Source: a virus (lineage: Duplodnaviria > Caudoviricetes). From it: DNA of 64,000 nt. The position numbers and the translations under genes are program-made. Positions 9,291 through 19,623 of this stretch are shown piece after piece; position 1 is the first letter of the stretch, and each line of letters opens with the position of its first letter. The notes under the pieces are model-generated. The model was given only the letters and a program-made list of their open reading frames with translations. It was not told the DNA's origin and made no database searches. The stretch covers positions 1-64,000 of IMG/VR virus record IMGVR_UViG_3300010270_000379, one strand, 5' to 3'.

Positions 9291-12200
9291 CTAATATGTT
9301 TGATTTACATTAATTCCGGCTAAAAGTTCTGCATATATCTTATTCATTATATTAGTTAAATTCTTTATTTCATTATCTTCCAAATAACCATTTTTAACAT
9401 CTTTCTTTAATTCATTTTTTATTTCTGGTGATTTTTCAATAGCATCCATTAACGCATTTTGTGAGACCTTTCCGCCATTCGATAATGCAAGATTTGAAAT
9501 AACATTTTGCATTGGTTCTAGTAAAAAATCACTTATTGTTGCATCATCGGAATATGGTTGAGTAATCTTAAAGCCTTTTTTCTGTGCCCATTCTCTCTGT
9601 GCCTGATCTTTAATTTTTGGAGTTAGGAATATATTATTTTTAATAATTCCAGGAGCATCTTCTGGTGATACTTTTTCCACCATAGGAGAATCATACTTTT
9701 CTTTAGTTAAATCGAATTTTTCATAATGATCAACTAATGCAGTATAACCACTACCATCACTTCGAGGATCAATAACAGAACTTTGAGCTCTTATTAATTT
9801 CTGTTTCCATTCTGGGAGATTTTCTGTTCGTTTTTCTGCTTCCGCTTTATTAATTTCATAATCAGTTGTTATTGCACCACGTTTCTTCTTATCCTCTTCG
9901 ATTGGATTATCTTCGGAAAAACCACTACCATTATCTTCTGGTTTAATTAAGAAATTAGCAATCTTAGATACATCTGAGGCTATACCACTCATAGCACCTA
10001 ATTCTACCTTAAATACCGGCTGCCCCATTTTCTGTATTGATTCTGCAATCTGATTTACTGATTTCTGCCATTTTGTTTCCGCGTTTTGATTTTCTGGCGC
10101 TTGCATGACATTCTTTATCTTTGATTCATCGACATTGCCGCCGTTATCCTGATAGAGTTTAAGTAATCTTGATGCACCGGTATAATTAAGGCCAAACATT
10201 TCTCTAAGTCTTTCAATCTGACCTGTTACGTTTTCTTTTCCTTCTACATCAATAAGGCTACTCATAATTGAACCAAAATTCTGAGGATTCAAGCCTTGTT
10301 CAAGCAGCATCATTTTATTAACATAATCGCCTTTATCCTGGTATAAATCATTACCTAGTGCAGCTTGCTCTTTTGAGATTGTTTTACCTGTTTTTTCGTC
10401 TGTTACAGTTCCACTATAAGCCTTAGAAATAGCACTATAAGCGATAATGTCACTAGTTTTATTAAGGCCTGTAGCATTTGCAAGACCTGAATTTGCCTGA
10501 CTAAGCATTTTGGCACCTTTTTCACTCTGCCAAAATGCATTATTACCGGACATTTTTGAAAACATAAGTAATGTATCTGCAACTTCTGTAGCTGAACGGC
10601 TAAAACCATTTGCAATTCCATCTTCCATAACTTTCTGAATATTTGATAGAAATTCTGGAATCTGAGAATCATTTAGCCCACTTGCTTTTCCGGCTGTAAC
10701 AAGATAATTAAAATCATTTGACACATCTTTACTTTTACCATACCGAGACATTAGACCGGCTAAATTAGTGTATTGAGTTACATCTCCACCTGTAGCATAA
10801 GCCCATTTAGCTGTTGTTTCAGCAATACTACTTGTATAAGCGGCCTGAGCCTGATCACTTTTTAGATTATTACCAACACCCTGTTTTCTTAAATCAACAA
10901 TAAGAGAATTAAACTCTTTTAAATCAAGGCCGGTTCCTTCATTACTTTTATTAACCTGACTATAAAGAGCCATTGCTTTATTATCATCTGTTGTTCCAAA
11001 GGCTTTACCGGTTGAGAATATTGTAGGCATTGCATCCTTATAGGCATCTGCAAGAGCTTTACCACCTTTTAATACGGCAGCACCGGCCATTAATACACCA
11101 CCACCAACCATAAGGCCCTTAGCAAGACCTGTCATATCTTCTATATTAGCCATACGAGAGAGATTGTTAGCTGTAGATGCTACACCACTTACCCCCTGAA
11201 TGACAGATCCACCAATATTACCACCGGCAGCCGATTGTATCATGTTTCCACCGGTATTTAACATTCCTAAAATATTCTGCTGAGTATATGCACCTAATTG
11301 CTGTTTTTTTACATCGTCTCTTGTTTTTATTCTACCTACAGCCGGCAAATTCTGATTTGTACGATTAACAATATCATTCATAGCCTGGAAATTCTTAATC
11401 ATATCTGGCATAAGAACACCAAACTGCTTCATATATTCAACATTATCTTTTAATGAATCAGACGATGTATTTAAATCTTCACTCCAGGCCTGTAGTTTTT
11501 CTTGTGTATTTATATTTTCATTCTGAGCTGATATATTTTCACCAGATGGAATAAATGTTTTTTCCTTAATTGTATTATCTGGCTCTATATCTTTTACAGA
11601 GTATTCACTTCGAGGCAATTCAATAATATTAGGAGTAGAATCTATTTCATTTTTAGATGGTTCTACTATACTTATAATCTTTTCTTCTTTTGGTTCAACA
11701 GGATTAAATACATTTGCTTCTGCAGCTTTATTTTCCGGCTGAATAATTGTTTTTTCTATAATCCTATTTTCCGGTGTTTCAACTTTTGGAGTTTCTACAA
11801 TATTTTGTGGAATATTCTTTATTTCTTCTCTTTTCGTTTCATCTGGATTGTTAAATATTCCTTTACCTGTCGATTCTGTAACCGGCTGAACAATTGTTTG
11901 CTCAATAATATTCTTTTCCGGTGTTTCTGTTTTTTGAGCTTCATCTATTTTTATAATTCTTTCTTCTTCTGTTTTAGGAGTTACAGGATTAGAAGTAAAT
12001 AATGATTCTTTAGATGGTTCTGTTACCTGTTGAATAATAGTTTTTTCTATAGTTCTATTCTCAGGTATTTCAGTTTTAGGAGTTTCAATTATATTTGGAG
12101 TAATATTTTTTGTATCATTCTCTTTTGGAGCTTCAACTATTCTAATAATCTTTTCTTCATTATCTGCAGCTTTATTATCTAACTGTTGAAAGTTCTTATT

Positions 12201-12875
12201 TTCCGGTTCTGAAATTGGCTGAACAACAGTTTTTTCAATGATATTATTTTCAGTAATATCATTCTTTGGAGCCTCTATAATATTAGGTGTTATTTTGTTA
12301 GCACTTTCTTCTTTTGGAGATTCAATAATTTTTATTATTTGTTCATCATTCTTTTCTATCGGTTCATTTTGAACTTTCTGAAAATCACTTCTTTGAGGTT
12401 CCTCAATCTGCTGAATAATTGTTTTTTCAATTACTTTATTATCAGCAATATTTTCTTTTGGAGTTTCAACGATATTTGGAATAACATTATCGTTTTTTGG
12501 TGATTCAATAATATTAATGATATTAGATTCATCATCATTATCAAATTTATTTACCGGTACAAAAACAGTTTTTCCATTATTAGGATCTAACCCGGTTGAA
12601 ATCTTTGGTATATTAATATTTTCTCTGATTTTATCATTGAAAAGCTGTAAATTTCTAACAGCATCAGATACTACAGTTCCAAATTCCTGTAAAATAGCGT
12701 TATTATTTTTTAAATATTCTGAGGTATAATCCTGGATATTCTGCTGCTGATTATTGCCATTGGTATTCAAAAGCCCCATATTTTCAGGAGCTTTTTGAAC
12801 TAAAGGGGAATCATCAATTTTTGTTTTAACTTCGGCTGTTACTTTTACATTACCTAAAATATCAAACTGTTGCAT
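9291..12875 (-). CDS. Tape measure protein with N-terminal Pro/Glu-rich repeats
   Basis: 1194 aa directly after the tail chaperones; Ala/Gly-rich helical core with a hydrophobic segment (LMVGGGVLMAGAAVL). Confidence 0.8.
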   Translation of the reverse strand: MQQFDILGNVKVTAEVKTKIDDSPLVQKAPENMGLLNTNGNNQQQNIQDYTSEYLKNNNAILQEFGTVVSDAVRNLQLFNDKIRENINIPKISTGLDPNNGKTVFVPVNKFDNDDESNIINIIESPKNDNVIPNIVETPKENIADNKVIEKTIIQQIEEPQRSDFQKVQNEPIEKNDEQIIKIIESPKEESANKITPNIIEAPKNDITENNIIEKTVVQPISEPENKNFQQLDNKAADNEEKIIRIVEAPKENDTKNITPNIIETPKTEIPENRTIEKTIIQQVTEPSKESLFTSNPVTPKTEEERIIKIDEAQKTETPEKNIIEQTIVQPVTESTGKGIFNNPDETKREEIKNIPQNIVETPKVETPENRIIEKTIIQPENKAAEANVFNPVEPKEEKIISIVEPSKNEIDSTPNIIELPRSEYSVKDIEPDNTIKEKTFIPSGENISAQNENINTQEKLQAWSEDLNTSSDSLKDNVEYMKQFGVLMPDMIKNFQAMNDIVNRTNQNLPAVGRIKTRDDVKKQQLGAYTQQNILGMLNTGGNMIQSAAGGNIGGSVIQGVSGVASTANNLSRMANIEDMTGLAKGLMVGGGVLMAGAAVLKGGKALADAYKDAMPTIFSTGKAFGTTDDNKAMALYSQVNKSNEGTGLDLKEFNSLIVDLRKQGVGNNLKSDQAQAAYTSSIAETTAKWAYATGGDVTQYTNLAGLMSRYGKSKDVSNDFNYLVTAGKASGLNDSQIPEFLSNIQKVMEDGIANGFSRSATEVADTLLMFSKMSGNNAFWQSEKGAKMLSQANSGLANATGLNKTSDIIAYSAISKAYSGTVTDEKTGKTISKEQAALGNDLYQDKGDYVNKMMLLEQGLNPQNFGSIMSSLIDVEGKENVTGQIERLREMFGLNYTGASRLLKLYQDNGGNVDESKIKNVMQAPENQNAETKWQKSVNQIAESIQKMGQPVFKVELGAMSGIASDVSKIANFLIKPEDNGSGFSEDNPIEEDKKKRGAITTDYEINKAEAEKRTENLPEWKQKLIRAQSSVIDPRSDGSGYTALVDHYEKFDLTKEKYDSPMVEKVSPEDAPGIIKNNIFLTPKIKDQAQREWAQKKGFKITQPYSDDATISDFLLEPMQNVISNLALSNGGKVSQNALMDAIEKSPEIKNELKKDVKNGYLEDNEIKNLTNIMNKIYAELLAGINVNQTY

Positions 12876-12892
12876 GATAATTCCCCTTATTA

Positions 12893-13249
12893 TTAAAACT
12901 GAGCATTTGCAATATCTTCTTCTGAATATCCCAAAGCTCTTAATTCATCCGCATCTACAGCAGATTTTTTGTTTTCTTTTTCTTTCTGGTATGCGTTTCT
13001 TATACCTATCTTGTCATAGTTCATAAGATACTCAAACCAAACATGGTAGTACAATTCATCTTGTAATTCTTTATTCTGAACTGACCCCATCAAAAAGGCC
13101 TGGACCGTCATTATCTTTAGTGTCTGGAACGGAATCCAATCCTTTATTTCCTTCGTTGCCATTAGATTCAATGAGTTTCTGCACTTTGAGACGAAAAGTA
13201 TACAATGCAGCATAAACTTCCATAATGAAAGCCTGAGAAGGAATATCAA
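12893..13249 (-). CDS. Tail assembly chaperone downstream (T-like) frame; true start uncertain
   Basis: Overlaps the 3' end of 13071..13574 in the +1 frame; C-terminal ELQDELYYHVWFEYL... is protein-like. Confidence 0.5.
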   Translation of the reverse strand: MIFLLRLSLWKFMLHCILFVSKCRNSLNLMATKEIKDWIPFQTLKIMTVQAFLMGSVQNKELQDELYYHVWFEYLMNYDKIGIRNAYQKEKENKKSAVDADELRALGYSEEDIANAQF

Positions 13250-13574
13250 GCCATGTAAAGTTTACATTTTCCTTCTTTGCATTTTCAAACCAACTAGGGC
13301 CGTTCATTACAAGTACATCAAGTGTAGCAACCTGTTGAATAAAATTAAGTACATTTTTATCAAAACTTTCAGCCGGAACACCGTTCAAGCGATAAGCCTG
13401 TAATCTTCCAATTGCCTGAATATCACGAGCTCTAGGATATTTCACCTCAAATTCTCCACGGCTAGTTTTGATTTTTTCAGTTACATCCTTACCCATTACA
13501 ATAGCTGTAAACATATCAGTTTTCTGAGCTTCATCCAAAAACTCTTTTGTATCTTCACGTTCTTTCAATTCCAT
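13071..13574 (-). CDS. Tail assembly chaperone (G-like)
   Basis: Between the tube and tape measure genes; GEFEVKYPRARD motif. Confidence 0.7.
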   Translation of the reverse strand: MELKEREDTKEFLDEAQKTDMFTAIVMGKDVTEKIKTSRGEFEVKYPRARDIQAIGRLQAYRLNGVPAESFDKNVLNFIQQVATLDVLVMNGPSWFENAKKENVNFTWLDIPSQAFIMEVYAALYTFRLKVQKLIESNGNEGNKGLDSVPDTKDNDGPGLFDGVSSE

Positions 13575-13608
13575 AGTAGTTTTTCCTTTTCCTTTGTAGA
13601 GATTTTAA

Positions 13609-13648
13609 GAAGTTAGGGGAAATTTTCTCTTAATTTCCCCTAACTTCC
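13609..13648 (-). terminator. Strong hairpin after the tail tube gene
   Basis: AAGTTAGGGGAAATT...AATTTCCCCTAACTT inverted repeat; the U-tract is weak, so it may be a stabiliser or partial terminator. Confidence 0.5.
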
Positions 13649-13658
13649 CTATTGCAGC

Positions 13659-14198
13659 TTATACTTCTGCATCTGACTGCTTTTCGTAATCTTCACCAGA
13701 GCTCATGTCAATAGCTTCAAAACTTACGTTAGCTTTAACATAAGTTCCACCATTAACAGTGATTGTGAATCCTGTTGAAATCAGTGTGTCTACAGAACCA
13801 ATAATCAGTTTCTTTTTTTCATCATAGAAATCAAGATATTTGAATTTAGATACAACTGTACCATTCTTGAAATCTGATGATTTTGGATTGAATGAAGAAA
13901 GAGAAATCTTTCCACCACCATTCAAAGCCTGTGTTCCTTTATAAACTTTTGGACTTGCCAAAAAGCCTGTCAAACGGCCGTTTACATTGATAGCCTGAGC
14001 ATCAATTGAAGCCGGGAATACAGAGTCAAGAACCTGAGCTCTCTGTGTCTGAATCTGTTTTGTCATTTCGGCTGAATCAACAAATCCGATTACCTGAGCA
14101 TCAGCAGCACTTGATCCTACACGAACCTGGCATCTGTAACCAATAGTAAAAATTGAACTTGCGACACCGTTTGTATACTGTGCTATTCCGTCTGCCAT
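13659..14198 (-). CDS. Tail tube protein
   Basis: 179 aa directly after the sheath gene; beta-rich. Confidence 0.8.
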   Translation of the reverse strand: MADGIAQYTNGVASSIFTIGYRCQVRVGSSAADAQVIGFVDSAEMTKQIQTQRAQVLDSVFPASIDAQAINVNGRLTGFLASPKVYKGTQALNGGGKISLSSFNPKSSDFKNGTVVSKFKYLDFYDEKKKLIIGSVDTLISTGFTITVNGGTYVKANVSFEAIDMSSGEDYEKQSDAEV

Positions 14199-14210
14199 TT
14201 TTTACCTCCC

Positions 14211-15944
14211 TTACAGTTCAACTGTAGATGTGTAGATGTGATTAATTGCCGTAATAAATACGAAATTAACCGGAGCAGTAAGATAGCGGCTATAAGTAAT
14301 ATAAACTTTATCACCGTCAATTCTTACTTTAATATCCCATACATTTTCATTTGAATCTGATGGAACAATATAACCATTCAAAGCCCATTCTTTAGCACGT
14401 TCTGTCAATGTGCTAATAGCTGCATTTGCTGAGATACCGGCAGTGCCAATTACAGGCTTAAACTGAGCTCTCAAATCACGATTCATAAAGAGATCTTCAC
14501 GAACCATTGAACGCTCATTGTTAATCAAGTCATTACCCTGGTAAGTTGTCAAAGCACGAATACAAATATATTCAGAAAGGTTTTCTGGATTTGCATTACA
14601 TACCATAACACCGGCCTTGATAAGATTTGTCATGTTTGCAACATTACGGATTTTTGTAAATCCAAGTACATTAAGAGCCTTAAATGTAAGTGGAGTATTT
14701 GCAGACATTGCACTTTCCATAGAGGCAAGCATAACACCAAGCATAGCACCTGAAAGAGTTTCAGTTTTTCCACTGATAAGATTTACTTTAAGTGGATTGT
14801 CACAACAGAATGAAACAAGTCTACTGTTCAAGCCCTGGGCTTCTGCAATAGCATCTTCATCTGTCATTCCAATTGGACCACCGAGAATACAAGTTCTTTC
14901 CTTACGGTTGATAACATTGCTCATATTTGAGCAGTGTGTACTGATAAGAGCATGTACACCTGAATCTGTAGAAGGTGTAGCAATAATCTGAACATCTTCA
15001 AGTTCAAGAGCTGCAAGAGCATCAGTCCACTGCTGTACACCGTAAGAACCAATTGATCCGCCTGTAAAGTAAACGTAACCATCAGTATTATCAGGCACCT
15101 GACGAGTGTTAGCATCGAGAATTACAACGTTTCCGATAAATTCCATAGCATTAATAGCATTTACAAAAGCATCGTAATTAGCGTAAAGTGTTGTTCCTGT
15201 TTCTGCTACACTCTGATTTGTTACTGTATCAAGTTTTACAGATTTCAAATCAGCATTGTTACCAACAACAGCAGCTTGCCAAGCATCACTATCATTGATA
15301 TAAGCAACAAGAGCATCAAGTGTGTCAAAATCGTCAAAAGATACAACAAGTTCATCTGCAGTTTCCGAAGGATCTGCGTCTGTCATAGCATAGAAGCTAA
15401 TAGAACTTGTGCTGACTGATACCATAGGAGTGATATTTTCACCGATATAGTTTACTTCAAGTGCAGCATTGACAATATCATCAGTTACTTCTGTATTGTC
15501 TTTGTATGCAAGAGTAACTTTCTTAGAGTTAGCAATTGTACCGTTTGCAATCATAATTTTGAGCTGATTTGTATGAACACCCCAATCCCATGATTTAAGT
15601 GTCATTAAATCGGTTGCACCGGTTTTAAGAGTAACACTTGACTGTGTACCATCGTTTACACGCATTGCAAATACACGCTGTGGAACAAAAGTATTTGAAC
15701 CACTAAAAGCATGAGCTACAGCATCAAGAAGTTCACCACCAACAAGAGCCTGTTGAGCATCGGCTACACTTCCGAATTCAAGCATCTTATAAGGTTCCCC
15801 ACCGTTTGATTTTCCCAAAATACAGAGATTTCCGGCTGAAATTCCTGATGGACTAGAGACATTGAAGCTACGGCCATATACACCAGGTACATAATGCTCT
15901 GAACGCTGACCGGCACTTTCAAAAATAGCTGGACTTACACCCAT
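14211..15944 (-). CDS. Contractile tail sheath protein
   Basis: HYVPGVYG N-terminus, LKSWDWGVHTN, ICIRALTTY and APVNFVFIT sheath motifs. Confidence 0.92.
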   Translation of the reverse strand: MGVSPAIFESAGQRSEHYVPGVYGRSFNVSSPSGISAGNLCILGKSNGGEPYKMLEFGSVADAQQALVGGELLDAVAHAFSGSNTFVPQRVFAMRVNDGTQSSVTLKTGATDLMTLKSWDWGVHTNQLKIMIANGTIANSKKVTLAYKDNTEVTDDIVNAALEVNYIGENITPMVSVSTSSISFYAMTDADPSETADELVVSFDDFDTLDALVAYINDSDAWQAAVVGNNADLKSVKLDTVTNQSVAETGTTLYANYDAFVNAINAMEFIGNVVILDANTRQVPDNTDGYVYFTGGSIGSYGVQQWTDALAALELEDVQIIATPSTDSGVHALISTHCSNMSNVINRKERTCILGGPIGMTDEDAIAEAQGLNSRLVSFCCDNPLKVNLISGKTETLSGAMLGVMLASMESAMSANTPLTFKALNVLGFTKIRNVANMTNLIKAGVMVCNANPENLSEYICIRALTTYQGNDLINNERSMVREDLFMNRDLRAQFKPVIGTAGISANAAISTLTERAKEWALNGYIVPSDSNENVWDIKVRIDGDKVYITYSRYLTAPVNFVFITAINHIYTSTVEL

Positions 15945-15962
15945 TTTCTCTTTCCTCCCTTT

Positions 15963-16337
15963 TTAGTTGTTTATTGGCATATTGAGAATTTCCTCAATAC
16001 GCAAAAACCATTCATCGACTGTGAAGAATGATCTTGGATAATAGTGTTTAAGCAGAGCTTCGATGTAATAATCCTGTGGATAATACGATAAAAACTTTGC
16101 TACACCCATTTTTTTATTTGCCTTCACTGCAGCCGTAGTTACTTTGTTAATCTTTGCAACCTTTACCGGCTTTTCGATTTCCGGTTTACTCGCAACAATT
16201 TCTTCTACCTTTGTTTCAACCGTTTCAGGTTCCTTCTCAGGTGTAGAAATTCCTTCAAGCTCTGACTGCTCAATAAGATTTTCCGTAACTTCTGGCTTTT
16301 CTGTCTCAGACAAATCAACGTTTTTCTGTTTTGACAT
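15963..16337 (-). CDS. Hypothetical virion-module protein
   Basis: Acidic low-complexity N-terminus; coupled ORF in the tail operon. Confidence 0.5.
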   Translation of the reverse strand: MSKQKNVDLSETEKPEVTENLIEQSELEGISTPEKEPETVETKVEEIVASKPEIEKPVKVAKINKVTTAAVKANKKMGVAKFLSYYPQDYYIEALLKHYYPRSFFTVDEWFLRIEEILNMPINN

Positions 16338-17151
16338 GGTTAATTACCTCCCAGAAAATTTCTGTAGTTATGTTTTCTATTTCCGTATCAAGAATTATCT
16401 GTGATACGTTATAATCAACGGAAAAAGTTATGTGAGAGCCGGTAAGAACAATATCAAAATCGAAATTGTAATTACTTGAACGTTCACCACTAACTTGATT
16501 TCCGAAAATCGCACAATCAAAAAACTTAAACTTTTCTTTTAAAATCCGGTCCAATGAACATTGAAAAAATAGATATAAATGTTCATACAATTCATCTTTA
16601 AGCTGATCGTTTTCGCTCCATATTTCTACGGATACATTATCTCTACGTCTTGAATCGACTTTTATACCATATATTCCACCAGGTTCTTCTCCAACGGTCC
16701 TAGAATCTGCTATTTCCTTCAACTTATTTATTCTTTCTTCATCATAAATAAGTACATAACCTGGAACATTTTCACGGACTATTGCTCCGCTTTTCTTTTT
16801 TACAACTTCTGTTTCACCTGTAATCTCATTAATACGAGTTTTAGGCCGTGTATCTGTTTCAAACAATTCATCAAAATCCTTGCTTGTCATTTTTACACCG
16901 GAAGTTACTTCCATTAAATTAGCTAAATCAGGTACATTTCCATCCCTCTGAGAAGTAATAACTACGGCCGGAAACGTATCATTTGCCGTTGCTGAATCTT
17001 CTAGCATCATGTGAGCGAACGGATGTTCATTTACTACAGATATGTGGAAATTGTTATAAACAGCTTCAAGATGCAGCCTATCTATATACGTTTTAGCTAC
17101 ATCTACTAGAGCCTGTTCTACTACAAATCCTAAATTAAGGTAGTAAATCAT
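16315..17151 (-). CDS. Tail terminator/completion-like protein
   Basis: Position before the sheath gene; FPAVVITSQ and VSVEIWSENDQLKDEL pattern. Confidence 0.55.
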   Translation of the reverse strand: MIYYLNLGFVVEQALVDVAKTYIDRLHLEAVYNNFHISVVNEHPFAHMMLEDSATANDTFPAVVITSQRDGNVPDLANLMEVTSGVKMTSKDFDELFETDTRPKTRINEITGETEVVKKKSGAIVRENVPGYVLIYDEERINKLKEIADSRTVGEEPGGIYGIKVDSRRRDNVSVEIWSENDQLKDELYEHLYLFFQCSLDRILKEKFKFFDCAIFGNQVSGERSSNYNFDFDIVLTGSHITFSVDYNVSQIILDTEIENITTEIFWEVINHVKTEKR

Positions 17152-17171
17152 CCTTAAAACCTCACGAAAAC

Positions 17172-17288
17172 AAAAAAAAGGCAGCCTAAAATCTAATCTC
17201 AGTAAGATTAAATTCTAAGCTGCCCTTTTCAGAACATACTAATTATTATGTCTATTTTGATTTTATTCTATTAATGCTCTGTTGTCAA
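17172..17288 (-). promoter_or_regulatory. Late-type promoter with leader hairpin and terminator, copy 3 (sheath/tube operon)
   Basis: TTGACA-17-TAAAAT; TGTTC-TGAAAA-GGGCA; GGCAGC...GCTGCC; T8. Confidence 0.8.
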
Positions 17289-17468
17289 TGTTTTATAAAT
17301 GCTACTCTTAAAATCACATTTACTAAAATCCGGCTTAAAGTTCAAATCAGCATTTTCCGGTATTTCAACCTTGCATTTATACCCCATTTTATTACATACT
17401 TCACAAGAATAATCAGCCCTTGTAAGACTTTCAACAATCAAATCAATTAATTTTTCTTTTTCATTCAT
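17271..17468 (-). CDS. Small hypothetical protein (CxxC)
   Basis: GGAGG RBS; 65 aa. Confidence 0.5.
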   Translation of the reverse strand: MNEKEKLIDLIVESLTRADYSCEVCNKMGYKCKVEIPENADLNFKPDFSKCDFKSSIYKTLTTEH

Positions 17469-17538
17469 AGTTTTATTCCTCCATAATTAAAGAATAATCT
17501 ATGAATAAAATTATTTCATTCAACTTGTAGTTGAAAAA

Positions 17539-18381
17539 TTAATTACCGGAATACATCTTGTTATCAGCCTGAATTCCTTCATTAATAATACTATCAATCT
17601 TAGGTCTAACAGTTCTTTCCAATGCTCCCATCATATCAACCGGTGGTATAGCATCTTTGTGATAAATCCAACTATTAGCCGGTGATTTTGCTGAAATAAT
17701 ACGGAAAGTAAAATAAGAACTTCCGGTAACATCTTTCATTCTTACCATACCAACACTTCTATCATCCCAAGCCTGATCCTCTGTTAATCTACCCTTTTTA
17801 GCCCAATCATAACCTTGTCTTTGAACGCTTTCACCCTTAAAGTTATCTTCAAAATATTTCTTAGCCGCATTTACGGCCGATAATTGCAGTCCCTTTACTG
17901 ATGTTTGATAATTCTTTTGTGGAATAAAATTATTAAAATGAGCTCTTTTCGTTCCCTTTTGATTAGGTGTTCCCCATCTAAAAGGAATAATTAAATAAGG
18001 TATACCTTTTTTACTAACCCTGGATTTATTGCCATAAGGATGTGTTTGTTTCATATCATATTCAACTTCTTTCTGGCCTTTTGTTTTTGCTTCCAATTGT
18101 CTATTATCAGATGATATAGAATAATGAAAATCACCTAGTTTTTCAGATCTAATAGATCTAACCATAGCGCTAGTTACACCATCGAGAAATTCAATACCAT
18201 TTAATTGTTCTGAGCCTGTTAAATATCCGGTCCATGCATTATGAACTAACTGAGCAGCCCTTCTAAATGCATTTGCTGTATTAGGCAAGGCCGCTTCTGG
18301 AGCATTTTCAACAGTCTTTGAAAAGTTATCTACGAGTTTCTTTAATTCTGATAAATCATATTCAATGGTATATGTAGTCAT
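17539..18381 (-). CDS. Neck/tail completion protein
   Basis: Position; YDMK...SRVSKKGIPYLIIPFRWGTP and FRIISAKSPANSWI patterns. Confidence 0.6.
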   Translation of the reverse strand: MTTYTIEYDLSELKKLVDNFSKTVENAPEAALPNTANAFRRAAQLVHNAWTGYLTGSEQLNGIEFLDGVTSAMVRSIRSEKLGDFHYSISSDNRQLEAKTKGQKEVEYDMKQTHPYGNKSRVSKKGIPYLIIPFRWGTPNQKGTKRAHFNNFIPQKNYQTSVKGLQLSAVNAAKKYFEDNFKGESVQRQGYDWAKKGRLTEDQAWDDRSVGMVRMKDVTGSSYFTFRIISAKSPANSWIYHKDAIPPVDMMGALERTVRPKIDSIINEGIQADNKMYSGN

Positions 18382-18383
18382 TT

Positions 18384-19619
18384 TTAATAACTCGAATTAA
18401 TTCCCTTCTTTGTTATTTCATTATTCTTCTGAACATTTACGGCAGCTTTTTCAGCATAAGCAGAGAATAGTTTTACAACTACCTTCTTAGGCAATCGCTG
18501 ATTTTCACTTGTACGCAATTGAGGAATCTGTTTTACAACACGATATGTAGGCATAATATGATATGTAATAGAATATGCTTCGCCAAATTCCGGCATATTT
18601 TCAGCATCTTCAAGCCATTTAATTTTATTAGTTCCGACAAGAATAAAGTCTACACCCTGTTTATATTCTACTTCTTCACCTTCAATAATTCCCTTTACTG
18701 ATACAATATCATAGACAAAATCGGCCCCTATTGTATCTGTAACGAGCTTAGAACGGCAGATAACGTCTTTTTGTGTATAGCTTCCGGCCAAAACAGTAAG
18801 AATATCATCGTTAGATACATCACATTCATAAGGGAAAGAACATACCGCATCACCATTACTTTCTTCTACAGCCTGAGCATCACCTTTATTTAAGTTCTGG
18901 CTAAGTAATACAAAAATAAACGGTGGAATATATTCTACATTTTCAACCGTTACCGGTTCTGTAATAGAAATTTCTTCTTTTGTATCTGGATCCGTTGTAG
19001 GTTCAATTCTAAACTGATTCAGCCTAAATTCTTTTGCTTTATACTCTATTCCGGCAGCATCCGTGATTTTACCAATATTAATAATGTCACTAGGAGCCGT
19101 TTGATATAAACCTTCAACATTCTTTTTTGCATTAATCAACTCTGGAATAGTATAATATCCCATATTATTCTTTTCTGCCTCTGCAGATGCTAATACCTGA
19201 GTTATCTTTTTTCTTAAAATGACTGTAAAATAAGTTCCCTTTTCGGGAACATTTTGAGTATTTAAATAAATATAATTACAATTCTTTTTTGCATTTGGAT
19301 AATTGTTTCCCTTCTGATCATAAATCTCAATCAATTCAGCCTGTTTAATTTGCAGTGTATTATCAAGTTCAAGAATACCGTCATTATTAAACAGCATAAC
19401 AACAGAATATGAGATCATGTTTTTAAGATATGTATATGTATAACCTCTACCGGCACAAAAAGGACAATGTATATCCGGCTGCATAGTTCCAGGTTTTACA
19501 CAAGAACATTTTTCAGCTATGCGCCATCTAAGCCACTGACCGTGACGTTCAATAAGAGCTTCATAATTATCTTTACCTAAACTAAATTGTATAGGTGTGT
19601 TACGGCCTAACCCAACCAT
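18384..19619 (-). CDS. Head-closure/neck protein
   Basis: N-terminal WRIAEKCSC...CPFCAGRGY motif of myophage neck proteins. Confidence 0.65.
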   Translation of the reverse strand: MVGLGRNTPIQFSLGKDNYEALIERHGQWLRWRIAEKCSCVKPGTMQPDIHCPFCAGRGYTYTYLKNMISYSVVMLFNNDGILELDNTLQIKQAELIEIYDQKGNNYPNAKKNCNYIYLNTQNVPEKGTYFTVILRKKITQVLASAEAEKNNMGYYTIPELINAKKNVEGLYQTAPSDIINIGKITDAAGIEYKAKEFRLNQFRIEPTTDPDTKEEISITEPVTVENVEYIPPFIFVLLSQNLNKGDAQAVEESNGDAVCSFPYECDVSNDDILTVLAGSYTQKDVICRSKLVTDTIGADFVYDIVSVKGIIEGEEVEYKQGVDFILVGTNKIKWLEDAENMPEFGEAYSITYHIMPTYRVVKQIPQLRTSENQRLPKKVVVKLFSAYAEKAAVNVQKNNEITKKGINSSY

Positions 19620-19623
19620 AGCG

